55,470 bases of DNA from a virus (IMGVR_UViG_3300045911_000113:1-55470); one strand, 5' to 3'; positions 18,326 through 28,744 are shown, numbered from the stretch's first letter. The notes: generated by a model from the sequence alone, not told the origin. Numbers and translations: made by a program.

Positions 18326-19228
18326 TTATGGGGTCTGCGTCTGCCTATCAGCAACGATACTAGTATCCAATCCAACCTTACTCCTGAATTCTGTATACAA
18401 CTTTTCCCCCAATCCGTCCATCTGTTCAAAAAATGAAATGGTAAGATTATGATTCTTCGTATCTACAGTTACGAGGTCATTTGCGTAATCACCTTCAATG
18501 ACCATCGGTTTCCAAAGTGCATTGAATTCAACATATTCTTGCTCTGTCATACTGTCAAATACCCGAGCGCCGATGGTCGGAACTGTACCCGCCTCCACCG
18601 AACGACGTAGGCCGTCAAAAGTACGCATACTACCGGCAATAATAAACTGATTTCTATCAAACGCACCGTAACGTTGATTCACAAATCGAAGGTGCTGGTC
18701 GGAATTGATCCCTACCTCCTCCATTCGACCCGGAATAATACTGACATAAGTTACACTTGGATACGAGAAGCACCGAAGTGCTGTTGCTGCATCACTTACA
18801 CCTGTAACATTAATCTGTGTCGTTTCATTGAGTCGGAGTTGTGTAACTTGATCGAGGATGTGCTTGTATGGCGGTATCTTCATACCAATATGAGTACGAC
18901 CATCCCCAAGACGCTTGAGTAGATGTACCCATGTGAATAGTTCCGTACCAGTCGCTTTGCTATTGGGAAGTTGAAAATATACTACACCACTTCTATCTCC
19001 ACGAATATCAGTCGTGAGCTTTGTGAGCTTATAAGCCAACAACTCTAGCTTTTCTAAATTATCACATTCAACCTTAGCTAGTGCATTGGGATTGGTCGTA
19101 ACACCCAAGAATGATGATGGCTGCACACCGTTCTTGAGCAACTTGTCCCAAGTACGCTTGATGTAGTCAACATCGGCGGTATCAATAAAAAACTTTGGCA
19201 TTTTTTGAATTGTTTGTAACATAATCAT
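18326..19228 (-). CDS. transaldolase/fructose-6-phosphate aldolase family protein (divergent)
   Basis: FIDTAD, GVTTNP, Schiff-base MKIP, INVT, GR and SMR phosphate-binding Args. Confidence 0.8.
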   Translation of the reverse strand: MIMLQTIQKMPKFFIDTADVDYIKRTWDKLLKNGVQPSSFLGVTTNPNALAKVECDNLEKLELLAYKLTKLTTDIRGDRSGVVYFQLPNSKATGTELFTWVHLLKRLGDGRTHIGMKIPPYKHILDQVTQLRLNETTQINVTGVSDAATALRCFSYPSVTYVSIIPGRMEEVGINSDQHLRFVNQRYGAFDRNQFIIAGSMRTFDGLRRSVEAGTVPTIGARVFDSMTEQEYVEFNALWKPMVIEGDYANDLVTVDTKNHNLTISFFEQMDGLGEKLYTEFRSKVGLDTSIVADRQTQTP

Positions 19229-19231
19229 ATA

Positions 19232-19678
19232 TTAATTGTCCTCGGAACTTTTATTGTGTGTCAGATCTTTCTGCATACTGAACAATTTCTTTCGAGATTC
19301 AGAGCTTCTGATTCCGCCACTTTGAATTATGGAGTCAACCAACTGTGTCGTATGTTCCCAGTTACCCGGAACATGATTAATTGCAGCATCATTAATGAAT
19401 ATATCAGCATGTGGAGCGGACCACCATATTTCATCATATGGAATTTCAAATTTGTCCAACCAAGAAAATAAATTCTTTGCTTGTTTAGCTAAAACTTTTC
19501 CCTGGTTACCATCACAAGTTTTCATATGACGAGCAGTATATAAAATGATATAATGTCCTTCCGCCTTCCAGCGTTTTATCGTTTCAACTGCTCCTGGTTG
19601 GGGCCGTTCATTACCATATTCTTCGTCGGATGATTTACAGAAATTTATTGTATCATCAATATCTAAACATATTCTCAT
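19232..19678 (-). CDS. HAD phosphatase, capsule-biosynthesis type
   Basis: CLDIDDTI, GHYIILYTARHM, IPYDEI. Confidence 0.8.
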   Translation of the reverse strand: MRICLDIDDTINFCKSSDEEYGNERPQPGAVETIKRWKAEGHYIILYTARHMKTCDGNQGKVLAKQAKNLFSWLDKFEIPYDEIWWSAPHADIFINDAAINHVPGNWEHTTQLVDSIIQSGGIRSSESRKKLFSMQKDLTHNKSSEDN

Positions 19679-20448
19679 ACTTGAAACCTCTGAACATCTT
19701 CAGGAGTTCCTAATGGAACCACATCGGTAATCGTGTGAACAAATACAGGCCGGCCTTGTTTTATATGTGATCTTGGCACTTGACTTATGAAAAACTCTTC
19801 TCTTCCAGGCCAACCAGTACGTTCACCGCTTCTGAGAATTTTATCTGCATGATCCATAAACTGATTTGTATTATGAAACCAAAATGTTCCAACCAACGGC
19901 TTGCCACCTCTATCCAATGCCGAGACATCTTTTTCACAAATCTCAATTGCGAGATTACCTTCGGCGATCACAAATGACCATTTATCGCTGCGGTCTTGTG
20001 GTTCAAAACAAGTTACAACCATGCTATCATCAAAGTCATAAGCTTCAGATATCGTATTGAGAAAACCTGTTCCATCATACTTGTTGTCGCTATCCAGCAC
20101 TAATAGTGGATCGTCTTCGTTGTCTATCAAGGCAGCCACAAAGTAGGCGGTTTCCAAATTACCACGAGTACTTTTCTTGAAACTGACGATATTGATGTCA
20201 CTACCATATACACGCTTGAGATAGTCTGACATTCCATATTGTTCATGTTCTTCTCGGATTGCAAAATAAAGTTGCTCAGAGTAGATGGGAACATCTATGG
20301 TCTGATCCATATGTTGAATAAACGGCAGTGAACGAGTCGTCCATTCTAAAATGGTTTTGTTGTTGACTTCTACCAACGGCTTCGGCGTGGTGATTCCAGC
20401 TTCGGTAAACCTCCGCCCTTCACCGGCCATCAATACAATAATGTTCAT
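19675..20448 (-). CDS. sugar-phosphate nucleotidyltransferase
   Basis: MAGEGRRF...PKPL, LDSD, LGTPED. Confidence 0.85.
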   Translation of the reverse strand: MNIIVLMAGEGRRFTEAGITTPKPLVEVNNKTILEWTTRSLPFIQHMDQTIDVPIYSEQLYFAIREEHEQYGMSDYLKRVYGSDINIVSFKKSTRGNLETAYFVAALIDNEDDPLLVLDSDNKYDGTGFLNTISEAYDFDDSMVVTCFEPQDRSDKWSFVIAEGNLAIEICEKDVSALDRGGKPLVGTFWFHNTNQFMDHADKILRSGERTGWPGREEFFISQVPRSHIKQGRPVFVHTITDVVPLGTPEDVQRFQV

Positions 20449-21413
20449 AGTTCCAGTGCTTCGTTGAGTAATCGAACGCCCGTAGCATACATCACAGTTT
20501 GTCGAGCCAAACTATCATAATGACGAGCACACATACCGATGTAAATACAGCCTTGAAGAATCTTGATTTCTTTCTGATTATATTTTGGAAAGAAATGTTT
20601 CTCGAATTCTCCTAAGGCCCGTTCTGCTTCTTGCCACCGATGGAATTTTAGTTCTAGATCGGCACCGTGAGTTGTAACAGTAAACCTATCATTGATGATG
20701 AAGTCATACATTCCATCTACAGAATGATACAGCTTCGCAATATCGTACCGACGGTCGCCATATATACCGAGTTTTCCAAAACTACCGCGAGGATCAATGA
20801 AACGTACCATCCCGTCCGAATAAAAAATATTACTAAAACAACAATCACCATGAATGAGTACAGAATCATAGTCCAACATATGTTGTTCTATATAATCACG
20901 TATCTCGGGCCAAATAATATGAAAATTTGAGTATGGACGATTATTGATACTAATGGCGGTTTCATCGAATAAATTACCAATCTGATCCGACCAACCATAC
21001 TTGAATTTATTATACTCGCTTTGTGTTTTTGTGATATACATTTCACGAGCATAATCTTTCTTACCTGACTGTGGATCCTTCACGGTGTCCCATTCATTCA
21101 TCACGCTAGACAAATCGCGAAACACATTATCCCACCAAATCAGATGTTCAATCTTACCTAGAACGAGATCCGACAGGGTGGGATAACAAAGATATTCGAG
21201 CGAAAACCAATATTCATCACCAGCATCCGATGAACGAGTGCCGAAATCAACAAATCGCGGAAAATACACGGCCTGATCAGGACAATCCCGATTGATAGCA
21301 ATATAGTAACCACGTTCATCACGAAGGCGCGGTTCCTTGCTTATCTTCGTGATGATTCCTTTAGGAAAACTCGTTTCAAATCGGTTGTAAGCGCGAGTAA
21401 CCAATTGCGTCAT
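20445..21413 (-). CDS. APH/choline-kinase-fold sugar kinase (capsule-cluster type)
   Basis: TRAYN, IHGDCCFSNI, FIDPRGSFG, GD.RYDIAKL.HS. Confidence 0.82.
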   Translation of the reverse strand: MTQLVTRAYNRFETSFPKGIITKISKEPRLRDERGYYIAINRDCPDQAVYFPRFVDFGTRSSDAGDEYWFSLEYLCYPTLSDLVLGKIEHLIWWDNVFRDLSSVMNEWDTVKDPQSGKKDYAREMYITKTQSEYNKFKYGWSDQIGNLFDETAISINNRPYSNFHIIWPEIRDYIEQHMLDYDSVLIHGDCCFSNIFYSDGMVRFIDPRGSFGKLGIYGDRRYDIAKLYHSVDGMYDFIINDRFTVTTHGADLELKFHRWQEAERALGEFEKHFFPKYNQKEIKILQGCIYIGMCARHYDSLARQTVMYATGVRLLNEALEL

Positions 21414-21416
21414 AAT

Positions 21417-22070
21417 TCAGATAGCTAGTGAAGTTTCGATACCATATTTATCAAGATATTCAATAATCTCGTCAATAGAAATCATAGATAGTTGCCATCT
21501 CTCCGCATATGGCACTAGATCAGGCACCCGAGCCATACTACCATCGTCGTTCATAATCTCACAGATAATAGCAACAGGCTTGAGACCAGCCAAAATACAA
21601 AGCTGAACTGAAGCTTCGGTATGTCCTTGTCGTTCACGTAGTAGGCCGGGTCGTGGACGAAGTGGAAATAAATGACCGGGATATGCAAGTTGATCAGGCT
21701 GTGTTGTTGGATCAAGAACTAATCCTATTGTAACCATACGATCATCCACGGAAACGCCAGTTGTCACACCGTCTTTGGCATCAATACTCACCGTAAATGG
21801 TGTACTAAACTTATCGTTGTTATTACTGGGACTCATTGGAATTTGTAGTCGGTCGAGAATTTCACCGGCTGTTGGGATACACATGATTCCACGAGCTTCC
21901 TTTGCAATAAATGCCAGCGTTTCTGGTGAGGCTTTTTCCGCCGCAATCATTAGGTCGCCTTCATTTTCCCGATCATAACTATCTACGATAATAAGCGGTT
22001 GGCCGAGGTGAATGGCGTGCAACGCTTTTGATATTTTATTGTCAAGTTCCGAACCATCCGAAAAAAACAT
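21417..22070 (-). CDS. ribB: 3,4-dihydroxy-2-butanone-4-phosphate synthase
   Basis: DRENEGDL, FTVSIDA..G.TTGVS..DR, PGHLFPL, GHTEAS, CEIMNDDG. Confidence 0.92.
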   Translation of the reverse strand: MFFSDGSELDNKISKALHAIHLGQPLIIVDSYDRENEGDLMIAAEKASPETLAFIAKEARGIMCIPTAGEILDRLQIPMSPSNNNDKFSTPFTVSIDAKDGVTTGVSVDDRMVTIGLVLDPTTQPDQLAYPGHLFPLRPRPGLLRERQGHTEASVQLCILAGLKPVAIICEIMNDDGSMARVPDLVPYAERWQLSMISIDEIIEYLDKYGIETSLAI

Positions 22071-23536
22071 TATAAAATCCTCTTAAAAATTCTATTATGA
22101 CCGACCGCAAAAACTTCAACAAATCGAGAATCTTTTTCCAACACATCTCGGGTGGCTTGAGATACATCTTCTAAGCCCTTCCAATTGGCTCGAATTAAGT
22201 TATCTGGAATGTTCAGATAGTTACTGGAGTCGTCAACAACAATATGTCCATTAATAGTAACCATCTCTCTATAATTAGTCAAGTCTGACACCACTACATC
22301 GTAATCATGACATCCATCTACAAAGACTAAATCATATGGTGCTGAATTGCGAACCGAACCGATGATGTCCGAATCATTACTATATCCTTCTATTAAAACC
22401 AAATCACTGGCATCCAGACCAAATTGAGCATAAATGGTAGCAATGGCTTCTTCATAGTCAATATCGGGGTGTGTTGCATATTTGTCACCTGACTTATTCA
22501 GTGGTGTGACGGCATACACGGATCCGTTTTTTCCGAGTATTTTGTTTAAAAGTGATATCAGACTAATTATCTGACCCTTGAATACGCCAATCTCAAGAAA
22601 CTTAAAGTTTTCAGGCGCTTGTCGTACTAGTATATACCACATCCAGTGAAATGCTCGATTGCCATATCCCCAGTTGTTATTGATTACAAAATCTCTATGA
22701 TCTTTTAAAAATGTGGTATTGTTTACTAAATTCTTCATATTTCGCCAGATATATTCGTGTTTCTCAGGCGAATCTTGATAAAACTTAGAAAGTTCTTCGA
22801 CACTACATAGCGGACGAATTTCTTCTGTAAACACCAGCAAATTACGAACTTTAATATGCCGTAATGAATCCAGAGATGTCCGAACGGAAACCGATGTAAG
22901 ATTTTGTGTATTTACACCAGAGAACAAATAATTTCTCCAGTTGGAGAATATCATTTGATTTCTTTGAAAATTCTCGTCTTCTAGACCTGGATTGGAATCG
23001 GGATGTGGTAGTGCTTGAAATGTTCCGTCATTACGACTCACTGATAATCCATAATGTTTGATGCGCTCTCTTAGGTCGGCATCTTCAAGTCCCCACCCGT
23101 TATATAACGAGTTGAAACCATTAATTTTGAAAAATGCCTCCTTGCGAAATACTGTCACCGCACCATAAAAATCATCGTCTACACTGTTTTTGAAATGTCG
23201 GTATCCGGTTGGAATATCTGACTCGGCGCGCGGTGTTCCATCCATATTGATGAAATTGACCCGTTTAACCGGTTGAACCACATCGGTATCACCGTAATAA
23301 CAATCCACCGATTCCGGTAGATAATCTACATCATGTAATGCAACGAGATCATATTTCGCAAGTTTTACACCTTCATTCAATAATACGCCTCTCTTAAATC
23401 GTTCTTCATCGTCCTGTTCCACGATAATAATTTCATGTTTAATATCACTAAATAATGATGTAATATGTGGAACGAACCGTCGAAGATGATCTTCGCGATT
23501 TCTATAACATACAATTATACTAATTGGTTGATTCAT
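22070..23536 (-). CDS. fusion: GT7 (beta-1,4-galactosyltransferase-like) + class I SAM methyltransferase
   Basis: YRNREDHL, F.RG.LLN.G, HDVD, GWGLED; then LEIGVFKG, FVDGCHDY. Confidence 0.82.
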   Translation of the reverse strand: MNQPISIIVCYRNREDHLRRFVPHITSLFSDIKHEIIIVEQDDEERFKRGVLLNEGVKLAKYDLVALHDVDYLPESVDCYYGDTDVVQPVKRVNFINMDGTPRAESDIPTGYRHFKNSVDDDFYGAVTVFRKEAFFKINGFNSLYNGWGLEDADLRERIKHYGLSVSRNDGTFQALPHPDSNPGLEDENFQRNQMIFSNWRNYLFSGVNTQNLTSVSVRTSLDSLRHIKVRNLLVFTEEIRPLCSVEELSKFYQDSPEKHEYIWRNMKNLVNNTTFLKDHRDFVINNNWGYGNRAFHWMWYILVRQAPENFKFLEIGVFKGQIISLISLLNKILGKNGSVYAVTPLNKSGDKYATHPDIDYEEAIATIYAQFGLDASDLVLIEGYSNDSDIIGSVRNSAPYDLVFVDGCHDYDVVVSDLTNYREMVTINGHIVVDDSSNYLNIPDNLIRANWKGLEDVSQATRDVLEKDSRFVEVFAVGHNRIFKRIL

Positions 23537-24435
23537 AAAAACTTTGACTCTACAATTTGTTTGATCTCAGGCACCCGATCCCACTGATGAACGATGTGAA
23601 ATGGTTTTTCATACGGCATACTCAATACTACACCGTTTACAACCCTAGGTTGTGTATCTACAAGATAAGGAACATAATGTGCCTTTTCCGGGTCTAGCAC
23701 TGTACCACACTGGCATGCCCATCCGTCAGAATGTTGCGTCTTTAGAAAATTCCTCGGCATTGTTTCATTGACAAGAATGTTGTAAGCTGACTGATCACTG
23801 GGAATATAACGCCCGACGGTCATGTTGTAAAGAGTCAGGAATAACCCCATCATATCCCGTGACTTACCCACCACTACACCAACATTATAAATTGTCCAAT
23901 CTTTTGCGGTTTCTAATACAATGGGACCAAATCCGTTTAACATATTATCGGCTCCCCACGGTTCATCACCATATTTGATGCCTTCACTTGATGCAATGAA
24001 CGACTGTGCTGTAAATGAATGATCGAGACGACTCACGCCATATTTGGGGGTAAGCCATTCTTGTGGATTTTTTTGAAACCAGACATCTCGAACATCGGTG
24101 ATCATTACATGTGTATAATTTTCCCAGTTGTTACCTTCATTGAGAAATTGCCATGCATGAAAGAATCGCATCTGATGGGCCTGCGTGTCTCGGCCACGAC
24201 TATTGTGCAAAATTGCTTGACCGAACGAATCGTGGCCGATTTGATATACTTCAATTCCCAACTTTTCACAGTTTTCTATAACATCGGGCTGGATGCGATA
24301 TGCCAACAATATCACATCACCGGTAAATCCACTTTCCTTGATAGAACGTGCCCACACTTTAATTTGATCCCAACCATACAAATCGGCGGCACCAATGAGT
24401 AGATCGGGTTTATTATTTGGCGACATTAATAACAT
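23533..24435 (-). CDS. putative glycosyltransferase (TDVRDV.FQ family)
   Basis: MITDVRDVWFQKNP, DQSAYN, IVHQWDR. Confidence 0.65.
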   Translation of the reverse strand: MLLMSPNNKPDLLIGAADLYGWDQIKVWARSIKESGFTGDVILLAYRIQPDVIENCEKLGIEVYQIGHDSFGQAILHNSRGRDTQAHQMRFFHAWQFLNEGNNWENYTHVMITDVRDVWFQKNPQEWLTPKYGVSRLDHSFTAQSFIASSEGIKYGDEPWGADNMLNGFGPIVLETAKDWTIYNVGVVVGKSRDMMGLFLTLYNMTVGRYIPSDQSAYNILVNETMPRNFLKTQHSDGWACQCGTVLDPEKAHYVPYLVDTQPRVVNGVVLSMPYEKPFHIVHQWDRVPEIKQIVESKFL

Positions 24436-24527
24436 CTATAACCTCTTGTAAATTTTGTGTTTCTTTAATTCTTAAAAATTTACATCCAAGAAACGATTCG
24501 ATTTCTGCCTCGCGGATATGTTTTTTT
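24436..24527 (-). pseudogene. C-terminal remnant of a DUF559/Vsr-like endonuclease
   Basis: start-less frame reads HIREAEIESFLGCKFLRIKE...*. Confidence 0.45.
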
Positions 24528-25241
24528 TCATACTTTAGACCAATCAATCAAGGGACTTGCCCATAAAGGTTCACAGTGAGTAGATAGACCCGGAATAGGC
24601 GTAATTAAGGATCTACCGCGTTCTCTTAATTTTAAAAATGCGGCGAAGTCGTTTGGATGTGATCCCATAGTAAATTGTTCCCAGATCGGTCTATCTTCTA
24701 TAAGTGTGTTCATTGTTGTTGCAAATGTCATAGTTGTAGAATTCGTTAGACGCCAATGTGTAGAGTTTGTAAGAAACACTTTCGTAAGTTCGCCACCATC
24801 TTCGTCGATGAACGGATTACCACCTTTAGATGCAGGAATATACTTGTCATTATGGTCGTAGAGACTCACATAATCAGCAATCTGGATCCCTTCTAAAATT
24901 GCCTTTTCGGAACCTGACAAGTGAAGATAGTCGTCTTCAAGGAAATATACAATATCGTCATCGTTGAAATTTTGAAGAGCGTAGTTGAATACGTGACGCC
25001 AACTACCCGCCGAACTACCACCTACATAATAGTTTAAATCGCCGAAGAATCGCGATAGATCAATTTCTTCTATAGCCTTTCGGGTGGTATCTAGAAGATT
25101 GGTCTCGTCTACAAACAAATGTACATTGTTAACGTCGAAATGTTCTAGACAATTTTCCAAACAATGAATCTTAGTTGCATTAGGAAATTTGACCTTGGCG
25201 TATCCATTATCACTGAGTCTATATACGACATTTACACTCAT
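24528..25241 (-). CDS. putative GT-A glycosyltransferase
   Basis: VYFLEDDYLH, VSLYDH.DKY, STTMTFA. Confidence 0.7.
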   Translation of the reverse strand: MSVNVVYRLSDNGYAKVKFPNATKIHCLENCLEHFDVNNVHLFVDETNLLDTTRKAIEEIDLSRFFGDLNYYVGGSSAGSWRHVFNYALQNFNDDDIVYFLEDDYLHLSGSEKAILEGIQIADYVSLYDHNDKYIPASKGGNPFIDEDGGELTKVFLTNSTHWRLTNSTTMTFATTMNTLIEDRPIWEQFTMGSHPNDFAAFLKLRERGRSLITPIPGLSTHCEPLWASPLIDWSKV

Positions 25242-25639
25242 AGTTCTCCATGACCTCGTTCATCAATTTGGTAGTCAAGTCGGCGAAGCCTTTGTATCTT
25301 TTCTAACTTATATGTTCTGTAGCAGTCAATTTTTTTGATGGTGTTGGTATCCAAGACCAGTTTGTAAAAATCTTGCGCGTTGTCTCCAACTTTTCGCTTT
25401 GATACAACTTCTACCATCAAGTCTCTTCTATTGATGACATTCATAGCCAGTCCATGCAGCAACTTATGCCAGGCAGGATTGACCACAAACACAGTGCGCT
25501 CTTCTCCGTCGTATAAAAATCGAATAACATCGCCCGGAAGTACCATACTTATATCTATTTTTCGTTCATTCGATAGATACGAGCGATGACTTGGTAGTTC
25601 GTCACGAGTTTTAGACAGTTGGTTGGATAGATTCTTCAT
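25238..25639 (-). CDS. hypothetical protein (weakly reminiscent of T4 gp2 DNA-end protector)
   Basis: LHGL and CYRTY motifs; resemblance is weak. Confidence 0.45.
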   Translation of the reverse strand: MKNLSNQLSKTRDELPSHRSYLSNERKIDISMVLPGDVIRFLYDGEERTVFVVNPAWHKLLHGLAMNVINRRDLMVEVVSKRKVGDNAQDFYKLVLDTNTIKKIDCYRTYKLEKIQRLRRLDYQIDERGHGEL

Positions 25640-26939
25640 TTACAACTTTCTTCGTAATTTTGTTTAGTTTAGGCAATACTACTGGAGCCGGAACGGCCAT
25701 CTTCGGTACATACTTTTCAAGTAAATCTTTAGTACGATCCTTGATCACTGCATAATTGAACTTGTCACGAACGGATTTTGCCAACTGCTTAGCTGGCAAA
25801 ACGAGATTATCATACTTCCTGAATGCAAAAAGCATTGCACTGCCCGCTGCATCAGGATTGACATTAAACCATTGTGATTCTGGGATGATGACATTTTCCC
25901 AGACCGCGCTGGCGTCTACATTTTTGAGTTCACCGGGCAACAAGATACACTTTTCCTTTTCTAAGAAGTCAATAGGACCTGACCAACCAGAGGCAATTAT
26001 TGGTTTGCCGCTTTGTGTGGCTTCCAACAATGGGCGTCCGAATCCTTCGCCTTTAGTCAAACTGATATGTACCTTGACCTTGGGATGATTGTAAAGACTA
26101 TTCATTTCTGCTTCGGTCAATTCACCGTGAATTAAGTATACATTTGGACAGTTTGGACCAATGCTAGATCGAATGTCTTTGATTTTTCTGAGAATATCTT
26201 CTCGGTCTAACAAACTAAATCCAGCACCAGAAGTCTTGAGAATTAGTGCTGGTTTGTTTGTTGATACTGTATCCTTGAACGCTTGACAAAAAATGCTAAC
26301 TAACAAACCCACATTTTTTCGGTCTTCACCGATATTACCCTGCAACCAGTGTCCAACAAACAAGAATGCAAATTTTTCCTTTACCTTAGTAAACATCTCA
26401 CGAACTTTTGGTTCAATAAGTTCCGGTGGTATTTTCTTGAAAATTTCCGTATTGATACAGTTATGCAACACCTCAACCGGTACAGTAACCTTATGATTGG
26501 CTATGGTCCGTCCATCAGGGGTACGTTCTTCTATGCCCGTGGATTCAATGACTAATTTTGAATGTTGTGAAATAGTCCAGACCGTATTCATGCGGTTACA
26601 TCCTTGTACCCACGGTAGGCTAATTGCCGTAGTTTCAATGCCGGCGGTGATACCAATATTGTATTTACCGACCGGTTGGAATTCATTAGGTACACTAATT
26701 TGGATAAACAACTCGGGTTGACGTGGAAGTTGAACCGGATGCGGCACTATACGCTTAATCAACTCAGTGTCTTTTTCTGGGTCGAGTGCATTCATCGGTG
26801 TCATACCCCAACCCATACTCACTAATTTCACATCATAAAGATCAAGTTCAATGATATGACGGCAAATGTCTCGTGACATGTCTCCATATCCAGAACGAGT
26901 TTCAAGTGGGCTCTGAATAACACACATTGGCTTTATCAT
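25611..26939 (-). CDS. glycosyltransferase family 4
   Basis: TRSGYG, GITAGIET, FLFVGHWL, GEGFGRPLLEA. Confidence 0.85.
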   Translation of the reverse strand: MIKPMCVIQSPLETRSGYGDMSRDICRHIIELDLYDVKLVSMGWGMTPMNALDPEKDTELIKRIVPHPVQLPRQPELFIQISVPNEFQPVGKYNIGITAGIETTAISLPWVQGCNRMNTVWTISQHSKLVIESTGIEERTPDGRTIANHKVTVPVEVLHNCINTEIFKKIPPELIEPKVREMFTKVKEKFAFLFVGHWLQGNIGEDRKNVGLLVSIFCQAFKDTVSTNKPALILKTSGAGFSLLDREDILRKIKDIRSSIGPNCPNVYLIHGELTEAEMNSLYNHPKVKVHISLTKGEGFGRPLLEATQSGKPIIASGWSGPIDFLEKEKCILLPGELKNVDASAVWENVIIPESQWFNVNPDAAGSAMLFAFRKYDNLVLPAKQLAKSVRDKFNYAVIKDRTKDLLEKYVPKMAVPAPVVLPKLNKITKKVVNEESIQPTV

Positions 26940-26942
26940 CTA

Positions 26943-27205
26943 TTACCTCTTTGGTCCATATAACGGTTCAATCACAATAATGACATTAGAATTTTTTTGT
27001 AAGGCGGGATTGAATGGCAACTCAGATTTCATACGATTTAAATATTGAGTGCCGCTCTCACCGGTATGTGGATGTCTGAAGTCTTCCCACTTCAATCGCC
27101 ACAATTGTTCGTCAAACTCTTCCTTTTTATACTCTCGCAATACAAGGTCCGTAACAGAGGTATTCGAGATGATTTTTCTGACTTTCGGATCTTCATCCGG
27201 CGGAA
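26943..27205 (-). other. start-less ORF segment, possible gene remnant
   Basis: ~85 open codons filling the gap between two GT4 genes; only start lies inside the upstream gene. Confidence 0.3.
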
Positions 27206-28744
27206 TTACTCCGCTTTGAAGATGCCTACTCGATCTCTTGGTTCCCAATTTTCGAAACACTCGTCAAATGCCTCCATAAATCTACGACTCATTTCATCTG
27301 TGGTCATACCTGCTGGACCCATTGCAAACTCTCGTCCCAACTTTCCACGCCGAGCACGTTCTTCCGGTCCCATGTCATACACTTGTCGCAATGCCTTTGC
27401 GGCATCACGATAGTCACAGCGGTCATCAAATATGTATGGCGTTGGTGGAGAACCAATGAGAGAACGATTATTCGGGAATACCGGTACAACCCATTCCCCG
27501 TGATTCTTGTAACGACCATCAGCATTTGTGCCCCACTCGGCATTAAAATGCTTGTCTTCCCTAAGTAATTCACCATTCTCGTCGCGGAAGCCCATCTGGT
27601 CTTGTAGTCCACCTGTAACATTGGCAATGATCATTCGTTCTGACATCATTGCTTCCAGTGTACCAATACCAAATCCTTCATTTGATGCAATATTGATGAC
27701 AACATCAACATTGTTATAGATGTCCACCATCGAACGGGGATCGAGTCGTGCCGTTGAAAACACAGCATTAACTTCCGGGGCCACGTCACGAAGCACGGCA
27801 TACAAATCGGTACCATTATCGTCTACAGGTGCGGTATGTAATAGCAGTCGGCACTCGGCCCGCATCTTTTCTGGTAGTCCCAATAAAAAGTCACGATAGG
27901 CGAGAATAACATCACTAGTCATCTTACGACGAATATTTCTGTTATTATAAAACACTACAAACTTAACCGTGTCAGCCTCTTCGCCAAACATGTTCTTTCT
28001 GATTTGTGCAACGCGGTCAAGGTCTTCTTTTTCGGTATATCGCTTCCAAAGATTTGGGTTTACACCGTGTGGAATATATTTGACTTGCCACGGCTTTGGG
28101 GGGTCTTTCTTCCACACTTGTTGTACTATGTTATATGTCTGTTTGGAAATTGCATAAATGGCATCACAACTACGATAGAAATTTTCGTTATACTTTGGAT
28201 ATGGGGTATCATCCCACACATGATAAAATAATAACGGTGTGGTATCGCGGAACTCATGCTCCATTTGATATAACCAAACCCAAAATCGCGGGTCGGTAAA
28301 ATGCATGATGGCATCGGGCCGTTCATTATTAATCAACCAACGTAGAATAGGTGGATCGCCATATCCATTATATGGGAAGATACGAACATAAGGATCTTTG
28401 ATACCATATTCCGTTTCTATGGAAGCACTGATATCAATTCCTCGGCCGGCTTCTGGATGATTGATAGCGGCTCCCAACTGGACCCAATTGATTCGATGCG
28501 CCGTTCCTAACACAATTTCACGAGACATAACACCGACACCAGACGGCATTCGAAGATCATCAGATAGCAGTAAGATCTTTTTACGTTGATCTTTTGGAAT
28601 CCAACCATCGCGTTGTTCATGACTACCAACAACTTGATTTTTGATGTCTTCCATTGCACCTGACTGTAGTGTTGTTATTCCGTTCGAATCAAACCGACCG
28701 GTTCCTGCTACTTCTGATTCTTGTAGTAACGTGTCCGTCATCAC
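27206..28744 (-). CDS. glycosyltransferase family 4
   Basis: KILLLSDDLR..SGVG, NRNIRRK, SNEGFGIGTLEAM. Confidence 0.88.
   Translation of the reverse strand: MMTDTLLQESEVAGTGRFDSNGITTLQSGAMEDIKNQVVGSHEQRDGWIPKDQRKKILLLSDDLRMPSGVGVMSREIVLGTAHRINWVQLGAAINHPEAGRGIDISASIETEYGIKDPYVRIFPYNGYGDPPILRWLINNERPDAIMHFTDPRFWVWLYQMEHEFRDTTPLLFYHVWDDTPYPKYNENFYRSCDAIYAISKQTYNIVQQVWKKDPPKPWQVKYIPHGVNPNLWKRYTEKEDLDRVAQIRKNMFGEEADTVKFVVFYNNRNIRRKMTSDVILAYRDFLLGLPEKMRAECRLLLHTAPVDDNGTDLYAVLRDVAPEVNAVFSTARLDPRSMVDIYNNVDVVINIASNEGFGIGTLEAMMSERMIIANVTGGLQDQMGFRDENGELLREDKHFNAEWGTNADGRYKNHGEWVVPVFPNNRSLIGSPPTPYIFDDRCDYRDAAKALRQVYDMGPEERARRGKLGREFAMGPAGMTTDEMSRRFMEAFDECFENWEPRDRVGIFKAE

Noticed and set aside
21417-22070. 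Riboflavin biosynthesis operon or FMN riboswitch
   Set aside because: No other rib genes and no leader space; ribB is translationally coupled to glycan genes.
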